Assembly (NCBI GenBank): GCA_965116875.1 | Contig: OZ220733.1 | Location: forward strand, 2,944,001 to 3,008,000 | Direction: 5' to 3' | DNA length: 64,000 nt | DNA from: Candidatus Latescibacterota bacterium | Lineage (GTDB): Bacteria; Latescibacterota; UBA2968; GCA-2709665 | The notes under the pieces: generated by a model | What the model was told of the DNA's origin: nothing | Seen by the model: the letters and a program-made list of their open reading frames with translations, nothing else | The model's database searches: none | Translations under genes and position numbers: made by a program | Part shown: positions 9,182 to 18,433 of the stretch, piece after piece | Position numbering within the stretch: the first letter of the stretch is position 1 | Layout: each line of letters begins with the position of its first letter

Positions 9182-10021
9182 ATGGATTTCGTCCGCGTCG
9201 ACGACCGGGACTGGTCCAAACTCACGCTGGGCGAACGCATCCGCCAGATCGAACTCGACGGATACGTCGTCATGCCCGATCTGCTTGAGCCCGGTCACGT
9301 TACCGAGCTCAAGGCCGAGACCACCAGGCTCGAGACGCGTGCGGTGGACTACAGCGTCCGCCAGCAGGTCTGTCCGAACCTGCAATTCATGGGCGGTCCG
9401 ATCACCCACCTCATCGCCCATCCTCCCACCCTCGCCTTTCTGAGAGAACTCTTCGGCGGCGAGACCATCTTCATGTCCTGCACCTACGCCCGCTCCGAGC
9501 CCGGTCACCCCGGCATCAGTCTCCATACCGACGGGCAGCCCTACGGTTCACAGATCTTCGGTTACGGCGGCAGCGTACCGTTCATGGTGAGGGTGCTCTA
9601 TTATCTGGACGATCTCACGCGGGATGTCTCGCCCTTTCGCGTGATCCCCCGCTCCCATCTGTCCATGCACGCGGACGCCAACCCGTACAAACGTTACGAG
9701 GACCATCCCGAACAGGTGATGGTCCCCGTTACATCCGGCGGCGCCGTTCTGATCAACCACAAGGTCTTTCACGGGAACTTCCCGAACACCGGCGCCCACG
9801 CCCGCGAAATGATTGCCATCGCCTACCGCCCCGCCTGGGCGGGACCCATCGACGAAGTCCCCGCGTGGGACGAGGCCGACCTCGCCGCCCTGCCCGATAC
9901 CGTACGCCCCCTGTTCGCCGATCCCAACACCCGCCACTGGGATTTCCACGGCGGCAACAAACCGGCCGATATGGCCAGCGAAGCGCCGGGAATCAACCCC
10001 AGCCGATGGGATCGTCGATAG
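9182..10021 (+). CDS. Phytanoyl-CoA dioxygenase (PhyH) family Fe/2OG enzyme
   Basis: DGYVVMPDLL, LHTD (HxD), VIPRSH, FHGN. Confidence 0.85.
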   Translation: MDFVRVDDRDWSKLTLGERIRQIELDGYVVMPDLLEPGHVTELKAETTRLETRAVDYSVRQQVCPNLQFMGGPITHLIAHPPTLAFLRELFGGETIFMSCTYARSEPGHPGISLHTDGQPYGSQIFGYGGSVPFMVRVLYYLDDLTRDVSPFRVIPRSHLSMHADANPYKRYEDHPEQVMVPVTSGGAVLINHKVFHGNFPNTGAHAREMIAIAYRPAWAGPIDEVPAWDEADLAALPDTVRPLFADPNTRHWDFHGGNKPADMASEAPGINPSRWDRR

Positions 10022-10063
10022 AAAACCGTCCGAGATCGGCAGGAGGCGATCCTCAACCGCGCT

Positions 10064-10951
10064 TCACGTCAGCGAATTCCACTCCGCTCCCAGCGCATCG
10101 AACTGCCCGTAGAACGCCTCCAGGACGGGGTCCGCGAGGGGTCCTTTCGCCGTCAGCGCCAGGTTGTGCCTGGCGTGATCCGGATTCGTGGTGCCAACGA
10201 TGGCCGTGTCGACAGCCGCCTGAGAAAGCGTAAACCGCAGGGATAGCTCGATGGGATCTTCCGGGGCCCCGTCGGGAATCTCGAGTTGCTGCGCCCGATC
10301 CCAGTACGCGTCGGCGTAACCGTAGGGGGACGCTGCCTTGCCGATCGCTCCGTTCGCGATCGGCCGTTTGACGATCACGCCCATCCCAGCCTCCTGCGCC
10401 TCCGGCAGCACGTTGCCGCGACCCTTCTGGTCCACCAGGTTGAAGGACGTCTGCAGCGTGCTGAATACCCCCATCCGGATGGCTACCAGCGCGTCCTCTC
10501 CGTCGCCGCTGTACCCCACGTACCGCGTCTTGCCCGCGTCCTTCGCCCGCATCACCGCGTCCACGGCCTCTCCCGTCCGGAGCACGTCGGCCGAACACGT
10601 GTGTAGCTGTACAAGGTCGACGTGGTCCGTCCTCAGCCGCTTCAGCGACCGGTCGATGCTTTCATCGATCACCTCGCCCGACCACGGCTCCCCGGTTGCA
10701 TCTCCGGTCACGTGGCCGCACTTGGTCGCCAGCACGTATTCATCCCGCCGACCGCCGATGTGCCGGCCGATCAACTCCTCGCTGTTGTGATAGCACGCCG
10801 CCGTGTCGATCAGCGTGATCCCGTCGTCCAGCACACGGTTCAGCAATCGCCCGACCCGCTCAGGGTCCACGTCTTCAAGTCCGATCCTGGCGCCGCCGAA
10901 CCCAAGGCGGGTCACCTCCATGTCCGTCCTGCCAAGCGTGCGCGTTTCCAT
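10064..10951 (-). CDS. Aldo/keto reductase
   Basis: METRTLGRTDMEVTRLGFG, IDTAACY, LATKCG, SLKRLRTDHVDLVQLH. RBS GGAGG before ATG 10951. Confidence 0.93.
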   Translation of the reverse strand: METRTLGRTDMEVTRLGFGGARIGLEDVDPERVGRLLNRVLDDGITLIDTAACYHNSEELIGRHIGGRRDEYVLATKCGHVTGDATGEPWSGEVIDESIDRSLKRLRTDHVDLVQLHTCSADVLRTGEAVDAVMRAKDAGKTRYVGYSGDGEDALVAIRMGVFSTLQTSFNLVDQKGRGNVLPEAQEAGMGVIVKRPIANGAIGKAASPYGYADAYWDRAQQLEIPDGAPEDPIELSLRFTLSQAAVDTAIVGTTNPDHARHNLALTAKGPLADPVLEAFYGQFDALGAEWNSLT

Positions 10952-10972
10952 TGTGAGACCTCCGAAAGAACC

Positions 10973-11097
10973 GTAAGACGTGAGACGTGAGAGGGGAGAG
11001 ATTGCCTGCCCTGTGAGGTTTCTCCTCGTGCCGGAGGCAAGGAGTAAAAAAAATGGGGCATGGATTTCCTCTACCGTCTCCCGCCTCCCGTCTCCCC
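10973..11097 (-). repeat. Dispersed heptamer-armed repeat, copy 2
   Basis: GTAAGAC/GTGAGAC/GTGAGAG arm, core CTCGTGCCGGAGGCAAGGAG (reverse of the copy 1/3 core), GTCTCCC arm. Confidence 0.75.
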
Positions 11098-11299
11098 GCA
11101 TTTCTTCTACCCTCTCCCCTCTTGCCGTGTTTCGGGCAAGATACCGCCAACGACAGGATAATGCAAGAGGTTACCCCGTGATCCCGTTTTGGGTTGACAG
11201 CATAGCCCGTGTGGTTTAGGTTTGAATAACACGATCCGGGATGAATCGGCGCGAGAACGGTTGGATAATTTCGAGGCAGGATACCAGGGGGAAACACCG

Positions 11300-12166
11300 A
11301 TGGAACAGACCCGAGACCGGGTGGCCTTTGACAATTACGTCAACGACGGCGGCTACACCGCGGACCTCTACGAATACCACGAAATCGACGAAGGAATCGA
11401 AAGCCTGGATGCCGCGACCGATGCGGACGTGGATTTCTTTCATCGGAACGGCTATCTCGCCGTCAGGAACGCGTTCACGAGCGCCGAGGTCGAGGATATG
11501 CTCGATGGCCTCATGGATCTCATTAAAGGGAAGAATCCGGAGTTCAAAGGCGTTCAGTTCGAGGCCAGTTACAAGGACACCCTGGACACGCTTTCGGACG
11601 ACGAACGGTGGGACGCCGTGAGAAAACTCCAGTACTTCATGGGCTACGATCATCGCCTGACGGTTGTGGCCGAACACCCGAGGATCCTGGACGTCATGGG
11701 GCGGATCCTCGGCGAGGAGCCGGCGCTCTATTCCCACCAGGCCATCCTCAAACCGCCGCTGGTCGGCCGTGAAAAACCCTGGCACCAGGACCACGCCTAT
11801 TTCAATCTGCCCATGGGAACGCAGATTGTAAGCATGTGGATTTCACTGGACCACGCCACGCCCGAAAACGGATGCATGAGGGTGATACCCGGCACGCACC
11901 TGCGGGGTCCCGTGGTCCATTTCAAGCGACGCGACTGGCAGCTTTGCGATACGCACGTGGTCCGAGACCGCGTCGTGGCGGTCCCGCTTAAGCCGGGCGG
12001 CTGCCTCATCTGGTCCGGCCTGATCCATCACGGCACCCCCGCCAACACCACGTCGCAGCGCCGCCGCGCCCTCCAACTCCACTATTTCCCCGCGCGCGTG
12101 AAGGAAACCACGTCACAGGAACGCCTGGCCGTATTTGGCAGCGAGGGCAAGGACGTCACCTGCTGA
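11300..12166 (+). CDS. Phytanoyl-CoA dioxygenase (PhyH) family
   Basis: FFHRNGYL, KPP...KPWHQD, WISLDHATPENGCMRVIPGTH, HHGTPAN...RRALQLHY. Confidence 0.93.
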   Translation: MEQTRDRVAFDNYVNDGGYTADLYEYHEIDEGIESLDAATDADVDFFHRNGYLAVRNAFTSAEVEDMLDGLMDLIKGKNPEFKGVQFEASYKDTLDTLSDDERWDAVRKLQYFMGYDHRLTVVAEHPRILDVMGRILGEEPALYSHQAILKPPLVGREKPWHQDHAYFNLPMGTQIVSMWISLDHATPENGCMRVIPGTHLRGPVVHFKRRDWQLCDTHVVRDRVVAVPLKPGGCLIWSGLIHHGTPANTTSQRRRALQLHYFPARVKETTSQERLAVFGSEGKDVTC

Positions 12167-12245
12167 CGCTCCCACGAACTCCAAAGCTCCATCGAACAAG
12201 CCCCGGTGCATTTTCCTCCGGGGCCTTTTTCGCCCGGGTCCAGAT

Positions 12246-13076
12246 ATGGACACCAAACTCCACATCCTGGTACGGATCCTCCTCGGCGGCCTGGCGCTCT
12301 ATATTTTCTACGGCGCCGTCCTCTTCTTCGCGCAGCGCCGCTTCCTGTTTCCGCGGCACCTGGTCCGGACGCCGCCCGGCGTCGCGTCGGATGCATCGGA
12401 TATCGAACGCATCTGGTTGACGTCGCGCGCCGGCCGAACGGAAACCTGGCTGCTCCCGCCCCAGAACGGCGCGGGCCCCGCTCCGGCGTTCATCGTCGCC
12501 CACGGCAATGCCGAACTCATCGACCACTGGGCCGGCGAAATGGCGGCGCTCAGACGTCTGGGAATCGCGGTCCTTCTCGTGGAATACCCCGGTTACGGAC
12601 GGTCCGAAGGTTCGCCGACCCAGGCCCGCATTACGGAGGCCTTTGTCGCCGCGTACGACATGCTGGCCTCCCGGGAAGATATCGACGCGGACCGGATCGT
12701 ATTCATGGGCCGCTCGCTCGGAGGAGGCGCCGCATGCGCGCTCGCGGCCGAACGTCCCCCGGCGGCGCTGGTGCTGATTTCCACATTCAAAAGCGTCAAC
12801 GCCATCGCCGCGGAGAAATTCTTCGTCCCTTCGTTCTTCGTACGAGACCCGTTCGACAATCTGAAGACATTAAAGAACTATCCCGGGCCCGTTCTCATCG
12901 CGCATGGCAAGCGGGACAATCTGATTCCGTACAGCCACGGCGCCGCGCTGCGAGAGGCGTCCGGGCGCGGCCGCCTCATCACCTACGAGGCCGGCCACAA
13001 CAACTGCCCGCCCGACTGGCCGACCTTCTGGGCGGAGGTCGAACGCTTTCTCAAGGAGGAAGGAATTCTACCGTAG
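12246..13076 (+). CDS. Alpha/beta hydrolase (ABHD13/Bem46-like)
   Basis: N-terminal TM, HGNAE, EYPGYGRSEG, GRSLGG nucleophile motif, HGKRD, GHN. Confidence 0.9.
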   Translation: MDTKLHILVRILLGGLALYIFYGAVLFFAQRRFLFPRHLVRTPPGVASDASDIERIWLTSRAGRTETWLLPPQNGAGPAPAFIVAHGNAELIDHWAGEMAALRRLGIAVLLVEYPGYGRSEGSPTQARITEAFVAAYDMLASREDIDADRIVFMGRSLGGGAACALAAERPPAALVLISTFKSVNAIAAEKFFVPSFFVRDPFDNLKTLKNYPGPVLIAHGKRDNLIPYSHGAALREASGRGRLITYEAGHNNCPPDWPTFWAEVERFLKEEGILP

Positions 13077-13241
13077 ACGCCGTGCCGGCCGGTCCGATTG
13101 CGATTCCGCCCGAGACCTCCGCTTGAACGACCTCGATACCCCGCTTTCGCGCTTATACCTTTTGTGCTTTTTGTGGTAAATTTACCGGCTGTCTTCTTTC
13201 GAATTGTGGTTAAACCCTGCAAAGGAACGGAGAATGCACGC

Positions 13242-14018
13242 ATGCAGGCCATCGACTTCCACAACTCGTACCTCGGCTGGCGGATCGACTGGGACGTGCT
13301 TCCGCCCGATACCGCTTCGCACAGGCCTCCGTGGGCGCTCAACGAAGTCCGGATCCCTATCGAATGCCGGTGCATGGTAACGGAAAAGGCGTCGGGAGCG
13401 TCGGGGGAATTTGTGCTGGGGGCCAACTGCAAGACCGAACGCGTCGGGGTGCCGAAGGATATCTGGACGACCCCCAACGCGGATTTCGTTCCCATCTTCA
13501 CACACGACCGCTTCCTGATGATCAAGACGTACGACCACGTCGGCCGGCGCGTCCCGGCATACCCTCCCTCGCTCGGCGAGCAGCCGGAACGACAGACCGG
13601 CCTTTCCGGAGAGACCTTCGTAGACGTTCGCATCGACATTGCAAAGCGCGAGGGCATGCTGTTAGACAATGCGAATGACGTCATCCGGGCCGTGTCCGAC
13701 AACGGCCAACTCGTTGCCCGCACCGAATTCGAGTATGAGCGGTACCTAGCTGTAATCGACTATCCTGTGAGGACGATCAATACGAACGAGCGGGACGGTT
13801 TCTTTCAGACCGACACCGGACCTCTGCTCTTCCCGGACCTGAGCCGGGAGCCCGACGAATTGATCGAAGGAATGGAACTCGCGTTTTCGGCGTTCAACTC
13901 GCCGGACTGGATTGAGTTTCTCGTGAGGGTCCCGTCGCCGCTGACCGACGGTCTCAGCGTCTGGCACTATTCCAGGTCCGTCAGGCTGGACTGCAGGAAC
14001 ACGGTCGTTCGGATCTGA
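13242..14018 (+). CDS. Hypothetical protein
   Basis: 258 aa with host-like codon usage and an RBS-like GGAG upstream. No family recognised. Confidence 0.75.
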   Translation: MQAIDFHNSYLGWRIDWDVLPPDTASHRPPWALNEVRIPIECRCMVTEKASGASGEFVLGANCKTERVGVPKDIWTTPNADFVPIFTHDRFLMIKTYDHVGRRVPAYPPSLGEQPERQTGLSGETFVDVRIDIAKREGMLLDNANDVIRAVSDNGQLVARTEFEYERYLAVIDYPVRTINTNERDGFFQTDTGPLLFPDLSREPDELIEGMELAFSAFNSPDWIEFLVRVPSPLTDGLSVWHYSRSVRLDCRNTVVRI

Positions 14019-14065
14019 CTTTCCGCGCAAAAATGGTGTGTGAAACCAACCGCAGGGAGTGAAAC

Positions 14066-14557
14066 ATGGGCGTAGCTGTCATAGACGTGCCGGTTGCGGG
14101 AGAATTATCGTCTCTGATAGATCGTTCAGCGCGTGAAAACATGGATGCATTGTCGCGCTCTTCAATTCTAGGCGAGATATACCGGAATTTCGAAAATACC
14201 AATGAGGCAGTCTTGAATGCCATGTCTGATTGGCGCGAGTTTCTGAAGCTTCTTGAACAGAAACCGGAAAATTACAAATCCATGTGCCGCAATGGTGACG
14301 TGGAAAGGGCTATTGCTGGCCTGGATGAAGCCGGGAAGACAGTGCGCAGAGAGAGTTGGCTGGTTCTGGGGGAAGAAATCAGGGAGAACTACCCGGGCAT
14401 TTACGATAGATTTAAAGCGGTGGATGAGAATATTGAAGCCTATGGCGCCCTGCTTCAAGAGGTAAGCTGGACCATGTTGATTCTGCATCGGGAAAACCAG
14501 CTAGGCACGGGAAAGACGTTTGCCGTAGGCGAGGCAATAGCCGATTTGTGGAGATAG
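14066..14557 (+). CDS. Hypothetical helical protein (lower GC)
   Basis: RBS GGGAG before ATG, 163 aa, followed by a bidirectional terminator. Confidence 0.65.
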   Translation: MGVAVIDVPVAGELSSLIDRSARENMDALSRSSILGEIYRNFENTNEAVLNAMSDWREFLKLLEQKPENYKSMCRNGDVERAIAGLDEAGKTVRRESWLVLGEEIRENYPGIYDRFKAVDENIEAYGALLQEVSWTMLILHRENQLGTGKTFAVGEAIADLWR

Positions 14558-14585
14558 ACGTAGCTGGATTGTCTCTCCTGCCAGT

Positions 14586-14621
14586 AAAAAAAGCCGAGGT
14601 TTTCACCTCGGCTTCTCTTTT
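14586..14621. terminator. Bidirectional intrinsic terminator
   Basis: A-tract, AAGCCGAGGT-TTTC-ACCTCGGCTT, T-rich tail, between convergent genes. Confidence 0.8.
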
Positions 14622-14766
14622 ATCTGTTGTCTCGTGGCCCGGGCGGTGATTGCGGCCTGGGTGGCGCTTGTGGCGTTGTTTCCGGCCTTGGAGGCGGTGC
14701 GGGTCTGGGGCGTTCGGGATTGCGCGGCGGCCTGATTGCTCTTTCTTCGCTGGCCTTTTCCGGCAT
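14620..14766 (-). CDS. Small Pro/Arg-rich peptide (48 aa), translationally coupled
   Basis: AAGGAGGCA-TGATG overlap with the upstream stop. Translation MPEKASEERAIRPPRNPERPRPAPPPRPETTPQAPPRPQSPPGPRDNR, ending at the terminator. Confidence 0.65.
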   Translation of the reverse strand: MPEKASEERAIRPPRNPERPRPAPPPRPETTPQAPPRPQSPPGPRDNR

Positions 14767-15281
14767 CATGCCTCCTTGATCGAATATTGATCTACCAGCG
14801 AATCATCCGCTTCTCTCTGGCTCTGCCTGTTCAATCTGTCATTAACTGAAATATCTGCCCATCCCGGAATGCTTGTGGCCCTCTCGCCGGCCTCGACAAG
14901 ATCCATCAATATATCGTAGGCTTCGTCGTTGCCTATTACATTGTTTTCTATCTTCGACCACAACGCTTTGTGTTTATCCTGCAAGTCAAAACACATCACG
15001 CTGACCGCATGAAGACTGGCAGATTTTCTCGCATAATTCCCGAGTAAACCGAACACACTGACAGCTATAATGCCCAAATCGACGATGACTTCAGCCAGCC
15101 GGCCGATGTAGTCCGAAAACATAAAGCGCCCGGCTCCGGCGATCGCGCACAGAGCGAGTCCTATCATGACTGCATTGTGCCGCCTGCGATACTGGCGTGA
15201 GAGTTTATCGTAGTATCTGGCTGCCCGCTCCACGTCCAGGTATTCGTTCCAGGCCATATTTCGAGTCGCATCACTCACCAT
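14766..15281 (-). CDS. Two-TM membrane protein, SLATT-like architecture
   Basis: N-terminal helix (YYDKLSRQYRRRHN), two hydrophobic helices, C-terminal helical region. RBS GGAGG. Confidence 0.65.
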   Translation of the reverse strand: MVSDATRNMAWNEYLDVERAARYYDKLSRQYRRRHNAVMIGLALCAIAGAGRFMFSDYIGRLAEVIVDLGIIAVSVFGLLGNYARKSASLHAVSVMCFDLQDKHKALWSKIENNVIGNDEAYDILMDLVEAGERATSIPGWADISVNDRLNRQSQREADDSLVDQYSIKEA

Positions 15282-15354
15282 GGCAGACCTCCGCCGTCAA
15301 CTGAATTCCGTCGCAATTTCCCAATGCGGGTCTTATCCCCTTGACGACAAATAT

Positions 15355-15383
15355 AAAGTACCGGATCGTACCTGTCGAGTCAA
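15355..15383 (-). promoter_or_regulatory. Sigma70-like promoter for the 2TM/peptide pair
   Basis: TTGACT-17 bp-TACTTT on the minus strand. Confidence 0.5.
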
Positions 15384-15450
15384 GCCGTATCCGGGATCCG
15401 GACTCGTTTTCTGAAGCCAGTTCTTCTCCTGACCCATCATCAGCCGGTCT

Positions 15451-17133
15451 TCAGCCCCCCGGCAATTCTACGCTCCGGCCGCTTTCCAGGTCCATCGTAA
15501 CGGCGCGGAACTGGAATCCGTATCGCTCGACCACGTCCCCGCGCGTGTCCCCATCGACGTCAAGCAGCAACACTGTCGCGCCCTTCAGGTTCGCTCCGGC
15601 GCTGATCTCGTACGCGCCGTTATCGCGACGTCCGAACCGCACCGTGCGCCGCGCGCGTTCCCATGCGTCGATCCGCTCCGCCGTCCACCAGGGCATTCCC
15701 TTGTCTTTGGTGTATCCGACGATCTCCCTGAGTCCGCCGCGTACGGCCGGTTCCCACACGTGGGCGGGATGAAAGAGAAAATGCGCGATCCCGTGGTGTC
15801 CGAATGCCCGGTCCGCGAAACAGTGCGCCAGACGGGTGGAACACCGTTTGTGGATGTCCTGCACGGTCAGATTCACTTCCAGCACGTTGATCGGCGGACC
15901 GCCCGGCTCTTCGTCGTCAATGGGAAACCAGGGGTGGCACCCCCCGAAGGGAAAGCCGTTGGTATAGGGTGTATTCGGCCCGCGGCTCTGTTCCAGGGTG
16001 ATGCCCAGGCGTTCGCACCAGCGGAAGAACTCCAGCCGGCCCTGCCAGCGCAGCGTATGGTTCTTGTTGGTGGTGACCGGCCTTCCCGCCGCTACCGTAA
16101 CCGTCTTCAACTGACCCGCCAACTCGTCATATCCCCATTTCAGATGGGCGGTCTCCGGCTTCCGGTCGTCCGGCGCCGTCTGCCAGGTCTGGGCGTCGTA
16201 GTGCAGCGCCACCTCCGAGCCGTAGTCCTGGATGGCGCGGTAGAACGCCGGCTGGTAGTGGCCCGCCATGTTGCACCATGTCGTACGGATGTCTACCTCC
16301 TGCGTCATACGGAGCAATGACCACCCCAACGCTTCGTCTCCGCCGTCCGAGTCGTGCGACATGTGCGCGATGGCGTGCAGATTGTCCGGCCAGTACCACA
16401 GGAGGGGCAGGGAGACGCCGCACTCCCGGCAGGCGTAGAGAACGGACTTGATGATCAATTCCCGGAACTCATCCGCGATCGGCTCCAGGAAGACCAGGTT
16501 CTCCTCTTCGCCGGGCACGGGCGACCGGTCGCGGTCCAGGTCCAGCGCCAGGCCCTGGATCACGTCGATCCGCGTGGGACCGGTCGCGGGGGGAACCGGA
16601 TGCCCCTGCTGGATCTGCACGATGGTCCGGACCACGTCGGGGCCCACGGCGATCGCCAGGCCGTTCCCGGTGCGATGCTCCACCACCCCGTCGCTTGCGC
16701 CCATCACCCGCGCCAGCGCCGTACCATCCACCGCCTTGATTCGCCGCCCGCCGAAACAATGCAGGCTGCTGTCAAATCCGGAGGTGACCGGGTGGTCCTT
16801 CGCCGTCACCTGAACGTATCCATCCGCCATTTCACCCCGGTCCGCCGCGCCGAATACGTCGTCGAGCCCGGACATGCCTCCCAGGCCGATCAGCGCGCCG
16901 CCGGATTCCACGAATCCCGCAAGCAGCGTCCGCTCCGACTCTGCCAGCGGCATATGCCAGGGCAGCAATACCACGCGATATCCATCCAGGGCGGCCAGGG
17001 GACGATCGATCTCGTCATACGGAATACCGGCGTGCGCGAGAATCTCCCGGATGTAGAACCCGCCGTACACCCGGGATCCCTCCGGCGCCGTCTGCCCTTC
17101 CGGGTCCGTTACCACGCAGAATGGAAGACTCAT
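15451..17133 (-). CDS. Hypothetical protein: GATase-like/trimerisation-type N-domain plus polysaccharide-deacetylase-like domain
   Basis: FVESGGALIG...LDDVFG in the N-part. SHDSD, EVALHYD and FLFHP resemble NodB/CE4-like motifs. RBS AGGAG. Confidence 0.6.
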   Translation of the reverse strand: MSLPFCVVTDPEGQTAPEGSRVYGGFYIREILAHAGIPYDEIDRPLAALDGYRVVLLPWHMPLAESERTLLAGFVESGGALIGLGGMSGLDDVFGAADRGEMADGYVQVTAKDHPVTSGFDSSLHCFGGRRIKAVDGTALARVMGASDGVVEHRTGNGLAIAVGPDVVRTIVQIQQGHPVPPATGPTRIDVIQGLALDLDRDRSPVPGEEENLVFLEPIADEFRELIIKSVLYACRECGVSLPLLWYWPDNLHAIAHMSHDSDGGDEALGWSLLRMTQEVDIRTTWCNMAGHYQPAFYRAIQDYGSEVALHYDAQTWQTAPDDRKPETAHLKWGYDELAGQLKTVTVAAGRPVTTNKNHTLRWQGRLEFFRWCERLGITLEQSRGPNTPYTNGFPFGGCHPWFPIDDEEPGGPPINVLEVNLTVQDIHKRCSTRLAHCFADRAFGHHGIAHFLFHPAHVWEPAVRGGLREIVGYTKDKGMPWWTAERIDAWERARRTVRFGRRDNGAYEISAGANLKGATVLLLDVDGDTRGDVVERYGFQFRAVTMDLESGRSVELPGG

Positions 17134-17256
17134 TGATGGTCTCCTGATTTGAAAACGGGTCGCCCGAACTGTTCTCAGAGGCGACCCGTTTGAACATGCG
17201 GATGGAATCGGTTGTGGATTTCCAGAGTCATCCGGAATCCCGTTCTGCGGAACCTC

Positions 17257-18273
17257 TCACGATTGCTCGGCCATATCCTTCAGCCGGTTCAGCTGACTGT
17301 CGCTGCCCAGCGCGATGAGTACGTCGTCCTGGAAAATCGTGACGCCCGAGAGCCCCGCCGAATCCGCCGGATCGACCCGGGGTTTTCCGTCCGACCCCTG
17401 GATTCCCACGACAATCGCTCCCGTCCGCTGCCCGATGTCGGTCTCCTTCAGTTGTCTGCCTACGAGCGGAGACTCGTTGCCAATGTGGAACTGTTCGAGT
17501 CGCATCGCCGCCTCGCCCTCGCCCACGACCACGTCAAGAAAGTCCACGATCGACGGACGAAGTAGCGCCGACGCGATTCTCCGCCCCGCCAACTGGTAGG
17601 GCGACATCACCCGGTCGGCGCCTGCGGTCATCAGCTTTCCAATGGTCCGCTCCTCCGCCGCACGCGCGACAATCGTCAAATCGGGATTCGCCTGCCGCGC
17701 CGAAAGCACCACGAACACATTGAGCGCGTCCTCACGCAGCACGGCAATCAGGCCCTTTGCATTGTGGATGCCGGCTTCGACCAGCACCTCATCATCCTCC
17801 GCACGGCCCGCCACGAATAGGACGGTTTCGTCCCGCCCCAATTCGGAACGTTCCGGATCCTTATCCACGATCACGAAGGGCATGCCTGCCCGCTTCAGTT
17901 CCTGCGCCACCTCCTTGCCCACCACTCCGCCGCCACAGATGATGTAGTGATCTTTCAGGTTCGAGACCAGACGTTTCATTCTGCGCCCCCGCATTGCGTG
18001 GATAATCTGACCTTCGAAAACGAAACTGATAACGGTTGTCACCGAATACCCGACGGCCACAAAACTGAACATCAGAAACAGGATCGTGAATCGTTGACCC
18101 ATCGGCGAAAGCGGATGCACCTCGCCGTAGCCGACGGTCGTAATCGTAATCACCGTCATGTACAGACTTTCCCACAATTCCCATCCCTCAATCCAGACGT
18201 AGCCCAGCGTGCCGCCCAGCACCAGCAGTATCGGAACCATGAACGCAAGGGCAACGCGAAGAAGCGGCGACAT
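17257..18273 (-). CDS. Potassium channel with RCK (TrkA-N/TrkA-C) domains
   Basis: Selectivity filter TITTVGYGE, HYIICGGGVVG, AGADRVMSPY. Confidence 0.93.
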   Translation of the reverse strand: MSPLLRVALAFMVPILLVLGGTLGYVWIEGWELWESLYMTVITITTVGYGEVHPLSPMGQRFTILFLMFSFVAVGYSVTTVISFVFEGQIIHAMRGRRMKRLVSNLKDHYIICGGGVVGKEVAQELKRAGMPFVIVDKDPERSELGRDETVLFVAGRAEDDEVLVEAGIHNAKGLIAVLREDALNVFVVLSARQANPDLTIVARAAEERTIGKLMTAGADRVMSPYQLAGRRIASALLRPSIVDFLDVVVGEGEAAMRLEQFHIGNESPLVGRQLKETDIGQRTGAIVVGIQGSDGKPRVDPADSAGLSGVTIFQDDVLIALGSDSQLNRLKDMAEQS

Positions 18274-18433
18274 CTGGAAACTCCGGGAAGGAAACCGCCA
18301 ATCGGGAGCGGGTGACGGCGGGTACGACCGGGCTTCGCAAGCTGCGGCGTGCACACCGCGCGGTTCAGTCTCACGCGGTACGCCCATCGTGCAGGGTGAC
18401 GACGGCCGACTCAATCAACGAGGATGGGCTTGT

